Assembly: GCA_050575255.1 (NCBI GenBank)
Contig: JBNZDD010013610.1
Span: 1,162,366-1,226,365 of the forward strand
Source of the DNA: Harriotta raleighana
Lineage: Eukaryota
Reading direction: 5' to 3'
DNA length: 64,000 nt
Shown here: one piece after another, positions 31,561 to 44,300 of the stretch
Layout of the letters: each line of letters opens with the position of its first letter
Position numbering within the stretch: the first letter of the stretch is position 1
Made by a program: the position numbers and the translations under genes
Notes under the pieces: model-generated
Told to the model about the DNA's origin: nothing
Seen by the model: the letters and a program-made list of their open reading frames with translations, nothing else
Databases searched by the model: none

Positions 31561-32643
31561 CACAGTGATTCAGAAATACTAACATTACAGCAGGTATGAG
31601 ATACTTTTTTAAGTGTCATAGGTCTGTTCTGTCATTTATCACAGACAAGGAATATAATAATAATAATCCTTGCATTTGATCTAGCACTTTTCACATCTTC
31701 CAGACGTCTTCACAAAATACACTGCAATGCGAATTGACTGCAAATATGTGGGCAAAATGCGGCATCCAACTACACACAGCAGTGTCCCACAAAAAGTCGT
31801 GGATCGAAATGACCAATTTATTATAACTTCCTTGCGGAATATCATTTTAGTTAAAATGCCAGCAAAATGCTTCAAGACAATTTGACAATGTGATAAGAAG
31901 CAATGCAAATATTTTCCTCTCCAACTGGTATCCCAATAAAAGATCGCACTGTGGGCACAGAGCAACATATGGATCCAGAGCAACACGATTTTGTTCTGTT
32001 ATTCCCTTTTAAATACAAATACGATCTGTCAGAATTGCTTTAAGCTTTTAAATTCAGGTTTAATTCCTGCTGTTCCGACCATTAGGTCTAATTTCATGTG
32101 AAGCTGAATTAAAATGTAAAAAGATTACTGCATTGATTTTACTGTTCAAAAGAGAACAAGAAGATTGGGACAAATTGGGCACGTTTCTCAAGTGTTGCAT
32201 TCTATACCTGTATGGGGTGAGGGTGATCAAAGTCTAACAGGATTGTCTTCCAATTGCCCCTCAGCTACAACCATGCCCAGGAGTGGGAATATTGTGGATA
32301 TAACATGGATTGAATACTTCGAAGTGGTATGAATATACCTAGCTACAATAAATCTTCATGTTTATATGGGACTGAAGTGGGAAAAAGGCAAGGTTTCCAC
32401 TTCTGGAAATACATTATCACCATCCCATAAAACTACTTCACTTAGTACTTTGCTCTCCCTAACTTCCTGGCAAATAAAACCAGAAGAGAAGCCACCTGCA
32501 AAATTTGCCTTGGATCAATCAGTTTTAAATGTTACTTGCCGTTTGTCTTGTGTCCCCAGTAAATACTGTTTTAACTATAAGTTTGTCCCACAATGAATGT
32601 TCTTTCTTATTAGTTCTCCCGAATAGTCTCTTTACTATTTATT

Positions 32644-32649
32644 AATAAA
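32644..32649 (+). terminator. Candidate CDK10 poly(A) signal
   Basis: AATAAA about 1.1 kb after the stop; an earlier AATAAA lies at 31935-31940. Confidence 0.55.
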
Positions 32650-32689
32650 AGTCACATTGTTGGACACACAACTCCCCATGCTGAATTTC

Positions 32690-32695
32690 TTTATT
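32690..32695 (-). terminator. Candidate SPATA2L poly(A) signal
   Basis: AATAAA on minus strand about 370 bp after the SPATA2L stop. Confidence 0.55.
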
Positions 32696-33066
32696 TTAAA
32701 GCAAACATCTGCAAGTTAACAAAAATAACCAGTCACCTAGAAAAAGCTCTCACTCAGGAGGAAAATTGCAGCATTTATACAGAAAATATAATCAGATAAT
32801 ACTACAACTGCTTTAGTGGAAAGTGAATTATTGAATAGAATATTCAATCTTACTAGTCTCCTTCAAAAACAGAGCTGGGCTTTAAATGCAATCTGAATTT
32901 GATCAGTTAGTTTGAATGTTACCTACCATTTTACCCCCTGTTGATTCTTAATAAATTTTCTAACAGCTACAAATCATATTTGTACATCAAAAATTCTCCT
33001 CCCCATACTCCATCCGGCATAGTTCCAAATTCGGTAAATTGGGCAAAAATTTTAATGGATGTGGAA

Positions 33067-35146
33067 TTACTGTAATGTGACTTCATGGCTGTTCTGCAGT
33101 TTCTTAAGACTCTGGTCACAGATCGTACACTCCATTCTATTTTTATAACCACAATAGTTACATGCAAATACACTGCATTCACATTGAAAATACACTGACG
33201 GATTTCCGCAGCTCTCACATTTATCTACTTTAGAGGTATGGATTGCCAAAGGCTGCCTCGAGTCATGAGCAGGAGCCTCAAGCCTTCGTGAATAGCTTGA
33301 CTCTTCGGGACTAGACCTGAAGGAATGATCTTGGCTTGACCTAGTCACAGGGTCATATGGAGCACCTTGAATTGTACCATACATTTCATGACTGTACTGA
33401 GCATAATTAATGTTACTGGGGTGATCGTGCTCTTGGTTTGTTTCGTTACCCAAATACCGTGATCTACTCAGAACATCCTCGGCATTCACATTTGCGAGAG
33501 TACTTTGATTACTGTGAACTGAATCAAAATGGAGTCTGTCCTTAAAAGATGCTTCTGGGGATTCATAACCCAGGTGGTTTCTTCCAGCAGACCCTGTAAA
33601 ATGGATTTCATTGCCCTGTTTCGCAAACAATGCATTATAAATGATACTGCCACTAGGCTTTGGCGATGTTGCGTTTTGTCTGTTGGTATTTCTGCTATCC
33701 TCTCTGTGTGATGGAGGCATAGTCTCATTGCCATTCAACTTTATATCAGTGTATAGATTTTCAAATTCTTCAGTCGATTCTCCTCTTCCGAGTCGAGTTT
33801 CTCTCTGGCTATTAGCCCTTGTGTACTTCCTTACTCTCAGCTCATTGACACATTTATCAATGCTTTCCATCAATCTCCTCTCCTGAATCAACTCATGGAC
33901 TGAAGAGACGCAATGCTCTACCTTTTCTACAATCTCCAACAAGATCTCACATTCCAGTCTTGCAGAGAAGAACTCAAATGCTCGCTTGACAGATTCCCGA
34001 GGCTCTGAGTCTCCCAATTCCAGATAGAAACTATCTTTCAGTCTGTAGCCCATTCTCTTGAAAATACTCGCCAGGTCGTCACTGCAAAGTGCAGGCTTCA
34101 GATAATGCACGTAAGCACCTGAAAATGTCTAACAATAGAGGAAAAAAAAGTGTGAGGTCAGGCTGCTTTTCTGAACTCACAGATGGAGGCAGATGTATAT
34201 CCACTTAAGATGTTCTGTCACCTGTTATTCTCCACCTTCACTGTACAATCCTGTTTGTAATAATAATACTTGCATTTAATATAGTGTTTTTCACATCTTC
34301 TTGACGTCTCAAAGAGCTTCAACAGAATATACTGTTTACGTGTTGTTAAGCTTCAAATCGAATCTCTTGACATTGCACAACCCATAGTGACTCATTCCCT
34401 AGGATAACAGCAAATATGTTCCCTTTATTGAGGTGAGGAAGAGGATACGTGGAGTGAAATATGACTCTGCTGTGTACCTTTCATGCTCACACATCAAAAC
34501 GCTCAAAGTCTTCTTCAGTTAACTAATGTACCAGATTTTGCAATGGATGTAACTTGCTGTATGATGCTCACTCGTAAGTATGAGGTCTGCCCATCGATTA
34601 GAGAGAAACTTAGACATTAGAACTATTAATTTGAATTAAAAACTATTAAGTGGGAAGTGTGAGGCCTGGTCAACTATGGAAGAGATAAATTAGTCACTAA
34701 GACCTTAAAGGTTGGATTAATCAGCTTTGTTGTAGCCACAGCAACACAGCACAGTAATGAACAAAGAAATAAAGTTCCTCAATTCTCATTGACTTCCCCC
34801 CTCCTCCCTTTGTGAATATTTATCATAAAGAAACTACCTTTATCGTGTTAAACTCCTTTCTCCATGGAAACACCGCCAGGTTGACGGCTGCCAACTCCAA
34901 TAATTCGAAGGCCCTGATCAGCAACTTCAGAGCGCTGGCCAGGTCCCATTTTCCTTGCAAAGAATTGGCCACAATCTCAAAGACGCCGTCGCGTAGGACG
35001 CTGTGCCACTCTTCACCATTCTGGGTCAGATGGAGCCTAGTCAGCCGCTTGACTTCACTATCGTGGCAAATGCCATCGGGTCCTGGAAGGCAGTCTTCGT
35101 ACATTTGCCTGAGTTGCTCACAGGTATTCCACAGACTGATACTCAT
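33067..35146 (-). CDS. SPATA2L: SPATA2-like protein (PUB-domain CYLD adaptor family), 2 coding exons, 456 aa
   Basis: Exons (minus) 34838-35146 and 33067-34128, GT-AG. N-terminal domain ..AFELLELAAVNLAVFPWRKEFNTIK|TFSGAYVHYLK.. is the SPATA2/SPATA2L signature; convergent with CDK10 as in human. An acceptor AG directly before the ATG implies a non-coding first exon (possible donor near 36024). Confidence 0.9.
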
Positions 35147-37404
35147 TCTAAGAGCGGGAGGAAAAAAAAACACAATATGCTTCCTCTTTATATTTGGATC
35201 ACGTGGGAGACGTGGGAACCACTGAAATTGCAATTCCTCTTTTTTTTGAAAAAAACAGCGAGGCGGGCGTCAGACAAACATGGATATCCAGCATAATGTT
35301 CATCCAAGCCAGACGGAGGGTTCCACATATATATGCCACTGAACTGATAAGATATCGCCCTGCATTTGGAAATGTAGTTTATCCTGTTCACCTGGAGTGA
35401 CACCACCGTTTACCTATACCCGGACCACCCCGACATTGTCTAAGGAGCTATACAAATGTAATATTGTTGTTGTACGGGGTTAACAGGAGCTCCTAAGAGT
35501 GACGCTGATTAATGGGTCAACAGCAGCACCTGGCAATACAGAACTAGTCTAAGCAAGGCCACCAGAGGCCTGCCACGCAGTGGAGCCAACTCAGCTCTGA
35601 AGAGAAAGAAAAACAGAAATCGCTGAGAAAACTCAGCAGCTCAGGCAGCAGCCATGGATCTCCAGCAACCGGAGTATTTTAAAACCCTTTGCCCCAAAGA
35701 GACCCAGCTTCCCTCTCCCCAGGGTGATCAGCACAGGAGCAGAAAGAGAAATTTAAAGCAGTGGCATTGCAGCTAATCTCTCTCTCTTCAATAAGGAAGC
35801 TGGTGAAACTGACCAGCTTCCATCTATATATATATATATATACACACACACACATATAATATACTGTATGTATTTCTATATTCTCATGCAATGTATATAT
35901 ATTTGTATCAAGCATTTGCTTAATTCTAGCCCCCACAGACTTGTTTATTATACGCTGGCTGTTGTTGAATGCAGAGTGTTTGGCAGAAGTCTGTCTTCCT
36001 TGTTGACCTGCTCTTTAACCTCACCTGCCAGAGGAACCCGACCACAGAGAACTTGGACTCCAAGAGGCGAACCTTGCCCCACTCCCCTCCACTCTACTAC
36101 AACAAGCTTCAGAAACACAGCAAAGAGAGAAAGACAGAGTTCAATAACACTTGAGTAGCCTGGACTTCCTGCAAGTGAACATGAGGAAGCCAAGAAACAA
36201 AGGTCCTGCCTCTAAACACACACCATTCGTTGAAACGATAATTGGCAAGTTGTTCTGATTCCACCTTCCTGTTTGCTTGGGTTGGTTTACTGATTTCCAC
36301 ACTGCTCGCTTTTGACTTGTTGACTGACTTGGTTGGATCAGAATTGAACCAACCAAATGAGTTCTTTACTAACTCGTGTTGCTATCTTCTCTGTGACGAC
36401 TGAGTAGATATATATAAAATTTAGATGCCAAACCCTGTATCATATAAAGAATTAGTTTCAAGAGCATTCATTTGTGTTGTGCACACAATTTGGCTGCTGT
36501 GTTTTGACCACAAATATAGTTGTTTTTTTCCTGCTCGCCTGCCCCCTACTCCGACCCTTTCCCTTGCCACCTTTCCCCCCTTTCTCTCCTAACCCCACTT
36601 CCATGACTGTTTGTGGGACACTGCTATGCGCAATTTGGCTGCCGCGTTTGCCCAGAAATAGACAGTCAATTTTTTCCTACTTTCCTTCCCCTGACCCCTA
36701 GCCCCCTACCATCCCCGCTCTGATCCCTACTTGACTGTACAGCGCCTTGGGACTAGGTAGCTCAGGGAAAAATCTTGGTCAAGTTTCCTTTATCCACATA
36801 CCCAATAATAATCCCTCCAAAAAAAAAACACTGTTTATGGGGACACTGCTGTGTGCAATTGGCTGCCATGTTTCGCCCACAAATATACAGTCAGTTCAAT
36901 TTACAGTACATTCTGTGAAGCGCTTTGAGATGTCTAGAAGACATGAAAAGCTCTATATCAAAAATGCAAGGATTATTATTATTATAACATCAGCTGTTAA
37001 TAATTCTCAAGTTTTCGGTGGATTTTAACCATTACTGAATCAACCAGGATGTAGGAAATATTGCAGGGGCTGTAGGTGCCAATTTAAGCATAAAGTGCTG
37101 TGAAAGAATTACAGGAAAACACTGTAACTTTATCTGTCAGAAATGATAGTTTTATCTGGCAGAAATGATCCAATCGACAAAAACAGAGGAGACCATGTAG
37201 ATTTATGTTTGGGGAATGTTTCAATTCATTCACTAACTGGCCGCTATTGAGATGTTTTAAAACAACATAATTTCTTTTGCATAATATTGTGATATATTGT
37301 GATTCTATAAAGATCTGTAATATGATTCAGAAATAAGCAATTTTTAAAAAAGAATTTCACAAGTTTTAATACAAAACCTTATACAAAAATATTCACATGG
37401 AATA

Positions 37405-37418
37405 CAGCAGATGGCGCT
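37405..37418 (+). promoter_or_regulatory. CTCF-like motif between SPATA2L and the SDR gene
   Basis: CAGCAGATGGCGCT, a close match to CTCF consensus, isolated in AT-rich DNA. Confidence 0.6.
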
Positions 37419-38304
37419 CTCTTAATACTATTCAGGACTGGTTTATTATTGCTGTATCCACTTATGTGATGATAGCAATTAATAAAGGACCAATTTCTAC
37501 CAAGAAACTTCAATCTGAAGCATTCCTATAATGAATGATTAATATTAATTACACAGTATGTTCACCTACAAAAGACACTGTCTCTACGCTTCACGGTACT
37601 GTACTGTATATCCTGTGAAATGTTTTGACATGTCCTCCTGAAATGAAAACTCCATATCAAATGCAAGCATTATTTTTACATTCTTTCTGTAAATCTGTGA
37701 AGCTCCTGTGAAGTGCTTTGGGACATCCTCCTGACACACGCAGAGATCCGTATCCGAGTTTGTACCTGTGCTGTTTTGCCAGTCTCCAGTGTAAAACCCT
37801 AATTAACATAATAGAGAACTTCTCACTGATGCCAAGCACACAAACCAAAGAATTTTGTAGCAATGCAACTTCAGTCACCTCCAAAATGTCTAATGTCAGG
37901 AATTCTCACGGAAGAATATATCTTACCAACAGACCCATAAAGAACTAGATTAATATCTAAAAAGGAATCAACTAGACTGGCATGGGAAAAGAACAGATAA
38001 ATTAGACTGAAAGGAATGCTCTTTACAAGACCCAGCATGGACACAATGGGCCAAATGGTCATATTCTCTGCTGTGAATTTCTATGGTTCCATACACTTGT
38101 AATGCTGTCAAATATTGTGGGAGCCAGTTCATGAAGCGAGCTGGATAGAACAGGAAGTCTGGTTGACAGTTCACACCAGTCCTTATTAGTGAGATATAAA
38201 ATAAACTTGGATTTAGTGTGGCACATATTTTGTTTTTATGTTTCTTAGAGACTATTGTAATAAAATATTTGTTAAAACTCTTGATTGTTCCCAGGTGGTT
38301 CAGT

Positions 38305-38621
38305 ATAATAATAATCCTTGTATATGATATAGCGCTTTTCACATCTTCTAGACATCTCAAAGCGCTTCATAGAATATACTGTAAAGTGAATTGCCTGTAT
38401 ATATGTAGAGGAAACGCGGCAGACAATTGTACACAATATTGTCCCACAAACAATCGTGGATTGAAACAACCAATTTTATTATTGTGTTTTTTTTGACTGA
38501 TTAATATTAGACATGTGAAATAAGGAAATTTGCCCAAGGTTTCGCCCTGACCTGCCTGGATTCAAAACACAGGTCTCACGCTTGTAAAGCAAGTGCTCTA
38601 ACCACTGAACTACAGGACTCC
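38305..38621 (-). mobile_element. tRNA-headed Deu-core SINE, full length
   Basis: Complete head/core/tail on minus strand. Confidence 0.88.
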
Positions 38622-38845
38622 ACATATACTGCCTAAAGAGCATTCAACAGACTGAGGAGGAAAAGGTCCAATAATGATTCAAATTCACCCATTTTATAGT
38701 GCAACAGAGGACAAATCACACAACTCCTTTACAAGCTGTACCTCGTGGTGTTCAGAATCCAGCAAGATTTATGGTGATTCAAAATACACAGGTCACACTA
38801 CTTTACGCTTTGAGACATTTCACCCACCCCATTTGATCACAAAGT

Positions 38846-39160
38846 GGAGTCATGTAGCTCAGTGGTTACAGCACTCGCCTTACAAGCATGAGACCTGGGT
38901 TTTGATTCCATGCAGGGCGAAAGCTCGGCCGAGTTTCCTTACTCCACATGCCTCATAATAATCAGTAAAAAAATAAATAAATTGGTCACATTAATCCACG
39001 ACTGTTTGTGGGACACTGCTGTGCGCAATTGACTGCCACACTTCACCCACTAATATACAATCAATTCATTTGATAGTATACTGTGAAGCGATTTTAGATT
39101 GTCCAGAAGATGTGAAAGGTGCTATATCAAATGCAAGGATTATTATTATTTTATTATTAT
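38846..39160 (+). mobile_element. tRNA-headed Deu-core SINE, full length (followed by L2 3' fragment at about 39165-39525)
   Basis: Complete head/core/tail; head-to-head with the copy at 38305-38621. Confidence 0.88.
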
Positions 39161-41253
39161 AACAAGCTGCCCGCCCCCTCCATTCAGCCGATTCCGGTCT
39201 GCACCATGTCTCCCCCCCTCAACGCACCCCACCATCGATGGCCGGGTTTTCAGCCTCTCTGTCCCCACACTCTAGAACTCCCATCCCACAGTCCCTTTGC
39301 TTCACTTCCTCTCTTGCCTCATTTAAGGCCGGTCTTGAGACCCTCCTCTTCGATCATGCTTTCTGCTGCCCTCCCAACTCTCTCTCTCCCCTTCTAATTC
39401 TCTTACTTACTTGCCTCTCTCCTACATTGCCCCCCTCTCTTGCTTGGGTTCCCCCACCCACACTGCTCAGTGCTTGGGATGTCCTCCCGACGTGAAAGGT
39501 GCTCTACAAGTAATTTTATTGTTGTTCTTGTACAAGGCTAAGTAGAATTATCTGTCAAAAGTAAAAGATACAGTATTTGTAACACATGGGATGTCTCACG
39601 CATCAATAAGAACCTGTGTCTTTTCATAAGCAGATGCAACAGGCACATTGACGTGATAGTAGGTATAATTAATATTGCTGTTCCATCAATAACACAGTTG
39701 ATTACCATGCTAACCATAAATCACTGCAGTATTTAATATCTCGCAATGGGCTTTTCCATAAACTCAAGCTGCAAAATCTATTATTTCCTAAAGCTATCTG
39801 GAGCTAATCCAAAATACACTGACAACTTCAAAATCATGGGTAAACACACGCCTACAGTTTTATGTAGGTTTAGTAATGACGGCCTAATTCTAATGCAGCT
39901 AAAATAAAAATTATTCCTTTGCCTGTAACTTGTGGAATTTGCTCTAATAATTTAATTACAATTATAGAGTGAAATTCTACTTTTATTTGTTCTGGACTTG
40001 TTCATTAGCCCAATGAAAATGGTAATTTAGCAGCACTATTATGTTAATTATGTAGAATCAATATATTTTATGTATATTCCACGGCTGTTTGTGGGACACT
40101 GCTGTGCGCAACTGGCTGCAGCATTTCGCTCACAAATATACAGTCAATTCACTTTACACTTTACACTTACTATGAAGTGCTTTGATACATCTAGAAGACG
40201 TGAAAAGTGTTATGTCAAATGCAAGGATTATTAGATTATTTATTATATCAAAGCAGTTTAAAAAACAGTACAAGGGAGAATTTGATCTCTTCTTAATTGT
40301 GATGTTGCCTTGGACAACTGACCTTTCTCAAATCTGTTCTGTAAGCACCAGGACTGAATATCAAAATATTTTTCAAAAGCAAAGTTATGATCAAATCACC
40401 CACTTTGCTTCCATGGTTCAAACAGTAAATTGGTTTGAGTCAGACATCCACTGAAACAGGACAGCAAATTAACTGGGTGATATTGCTGATGTGTAATTAT
40501 GATGAAATTTTCCTGTTTCTAGCTATCATCATTATATTCCCTGCATGTTATGTCACTGGTGTCAAGATTGTATTGGATCTTTTGAGATTGATCAGTCTAT
40601 TGCTGTCAGAACAAATACTTAACAACCAAAATAAAACACAAACACATTGCGAAGAGTCAGCAAAGACACTGTTAAGAAACTGTTAAGAAACAATGCAGTC
40701 ATTGTAAGTGGATCATGAAACTCTTGCATTGTGAAACCCTTGCTATTCCAGTCTGTCTAAAAGTACATCAACCCCCAGACCCTCAACTTTCCTTCTCCCT
40801 TAAATTAGGCAAATTCTCTCTCCCCCCACCATCACCTATAAAATGTGAAGGGATGGTTTTCCACATGTCTGAAAAGTGATGTGACAGAAAGTCTTTTACT
40901 TTATTTAGGAAGATAATAATAATACTGATAAATAATATCCCCAAATAATTCAAGCAAAGTCGCCAATTCGGAACAAATCTGGGGAATCACCTGCCGCTGT
41001 CAGTCAGTGTAAATTGCCAACAAATATACACAGTCAAATCATCTTGCAGTATATTCTTTGAAGCACTTTGAGATGTCTAGAAGAAGTGAAAAGCGCTATA
41101 TGAATATAACAAAATAATTGTTATATTATTATTGTAAGTGCTGCGGTTGTAATAAACGTGTCAGTGTAATTGCATTGTGTTAAATGTCAGTGTGACAGAC
41201 AGGCAGGCAGTGAGGGAGGGCCGAGTTAGCATGTTGTTATGTTACTGCCTATA

Positions 41254-41285
41254 GGGCGGAGCAGTCCAGCTGTTTGACTATAATA
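41254..41285 (+). promoter_or_regulatory. GC box and TATA-like element of the SDR gene
   Basis: GGGCGGAG (41254-41261) and TATAATA (41279-41285) about 95-125 bp before ATG 41379. Confidence 0.5.
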
Positions 41286-41378
41286 GCAGGGGCTCCCCTT
41301 TCTCGAAGCAGTGCTAATTTCAGTCCACTTCACTCCATAGTGAACTCCCTGGACTCTCTCTCTTTCTCAGCTATCAGG

Positions 41379-44300
41379 ATGTCTGCTGCTGACAGGACGG
41401 TACTTGTGCTTGGAGGAGCAGGCGTTGTGGGATCAGGGATAGTCAAAGCTCTACTGGAGAAAGGTAGGTGACAGGTGATATTTGCACAGCCAACACCTGG
41501 CTTCTCTTCTCTGTTACACAGAGTTGTATTGAGGCGTGTGCTGTTTGATGGACATTTCAGTTCCAGGCAGAGACTCTATCCTTCTGCTGACATCTACCAA
41601 CCGATTGCTTTTCCAGGAATTCTGAAAACCCACTTTCCACATGATTTGCATGATGATCTCATTGTGTTCTGTTTGCACAAAACAGTGTATTTCTAAAGGC
41701 AACCTGTTGCACAATTAGATTTTCATTACAATGTACAGTATTTATAAGTGATTTCTTCAGAGAATCCATACCTTACACATATTTCATTTTACCTGTACTA
41801 TTAACCTGTAGTAGTTATGAGTTGAAAACGCACTATTATTAAATGCCTGGATTACTATTATTATTTTTTTTCCCTCTGGAGAACTTCACCTCTAAGGCAC
41901 ACGCTTAACATTCCCGTTAAGTCTATCAGCATTTTATGGCATGAAGGATTCCAAATTAACAAAAAAATTACATTGATAAGAGTGTTTACATTACAAATAA
42001 ACATGTATATTTATTATATTTTCTGTATATAGAAATTAAAGTCAAAACCTCACTTTAAAATTCTGTAAGTAAATACAGCAAGTTGATTATTTTGACATCT
42101 ACTCACCTGAAAATTTGGTTTGATTTTTCTGCATTTGACCCACTACAATGCAATGGGTTGCCTGCTGTACTGTTGTGAATCAATCCTGAAAATAATTGAT
42201 GTTGATACTGACACTAAGCATTGCTTCGGGTTGCCTTGCTCACACAGCTGAATGTTTTCAACACATTTAATTTTTTTTCATAATGATGGCCATTTGTGTC
42301 TTAATCCATCTTAAAAAATAATAATTTGTGTGACATGTTTGTGCCCAATTGGCTGCTACATTTCACCTATAAAATATACAATCAATTCACATTACAATAC
42401 AGTACTATGAAGGGCTTTGAGACGTCTCAATTACATGATAAAACCCTATATCAAATGTAAGGATTATTATTATCTTTGAATCCCTCCTTGATCTCTAAAT
42501 CTTTGACCGTGCCTATGGTCACCTCCTGTTTCTCTCTTGTCCAACCCTGGCACTATGCAGCGCTATATACTGTAAATGCAAGTTGTTGCTGTTGTTATTG
42601 AACTGCCTCAGTGCATTTTCTGAGGGTACCATTCATGAATGGTAAAAACTGCATGATGTGGGGATGTTTGGAAATTTCCATTTGATTTCCAGACCTGTTT
42701 GAGATGTACTTATAGTCTTGTTTAGCTGTTGTACACCTACAATCTAAAATCACCTGGCAGCTTGTGAAGTCCTGAAGATCAGTGTTTAGAACACTCGCCT
42801 GACAACGCGAGACCTGTGTTCGAATCCAGGCAGGTCAGGGCGAAACCTTGGGCAAGTTTCCCCTCTCCGCACGCCTAATAATAATTCCTCCAAAAAAAAA
42901 CAATAATAAAATTGGTCATTTCAATCCACGACTGTTTGTGGGGCATTGCGGTGTGCAATTGGCTGCCGCGTTTTGCCTACAAATATACAGTCAATTCACT
43001 TTACAGTATATTCTATGAAGCTCTTTGAGACATCTAGAAGACGTGAAAAGGATTATTATAATATTATTATTAGCTATGAGCGTCATGCTACATTATGTTA
43101 ATGCTACAGTTTATCAATCCCGATGAACTCTTACACTGCCAGCAGGTCTAGCTATTCTTTCTTTTGACAGTAAAATATTTTCATTAAAAAAGTTTACAAA
43201 AGCAATTTAATAAATATCCCTATTGTTGTCCTCTGCCCCCTTTATCACCCTTTCCATAGACCTGCGATACACAATGTCCTTCATTTGTTAATTGAATTGC
43301 ATTCATCCCCCTTTCCCTTTACACAATCCTCAGATGTGTTTGAGACATGTCAATATCAGATATATCAATGGATAATAGCATCATGTAAATAAAGTTCAAT
43401 AGTCTCAGATTTTGTCTTTAGCATTGAACAGGTGAATGTTGAAGCAAATTAATCAAATTTTAAATGAAATACAAATAGAAAGATCACCTGATGTATTATA
43501 GATCCTTTTGAAGTAGTACTTGCATCACTAAAGTGTTAATAGACGGCCTTGTTGGCTTTACAACATTGGAAGATTACCATATTGTATGTTGTATCACTAA
43601 GCAGTAAGTCAACAAATACTTTCATTGAAAGCAGTGCTAACAATCAGCTATAACAGAATAAAACTGGTACAAAGGTGCTGTACACGTCGGGAAGGCTTTA
43701 GTGCAGAATATGAACTGTGTATAATTAGATTGGAAACCTAGAGGAAACTTCTCAACTAAAATTGTAGCTCAGAGTATTATTTAAATTGAGCTTTGATCTT
43801 GATAACATGATAAGGTGCTTTATCAAATGTAAGGATCATCATCGTTATCAAAAATGCTTAGAATATATGGGAACTGTTTGAATATAATTTCTGCATAAAA
43901 ATTAAGTTTTTTTAAAATCCCTTCTTTAGGTCCCGCCTAATTGTTTACTATTTGCATGAATATTAAAATTAAATTCTCCTCCCAGTGCACTGTGATGATT
44001 GATAATTGGTCTCGCTTTCTTAGGCTGTCGTGTAGCGGTTATATCCAGAGATGCAGCCCGGCTGGATAAACTGAAAAGCTTTGTCCCGGCCTCCACCCGA
44101 GAAAGGCTTGTCACTTTGGTTGGAGATGTGGGTAAGATGTCTTTTTCCATGCACAATTTGATGCGAATAAAATTCTCTCCAGCACCCAGTTCCTATTTCG
44201 TCAAGGAATTGCATTTGTCTTTGAATACTCTGAGACGCTAACCTGTGTAAAGGGCGCTTTATAAACATAAGTTATTGTTGGATTACATTTTTTTAATGAA

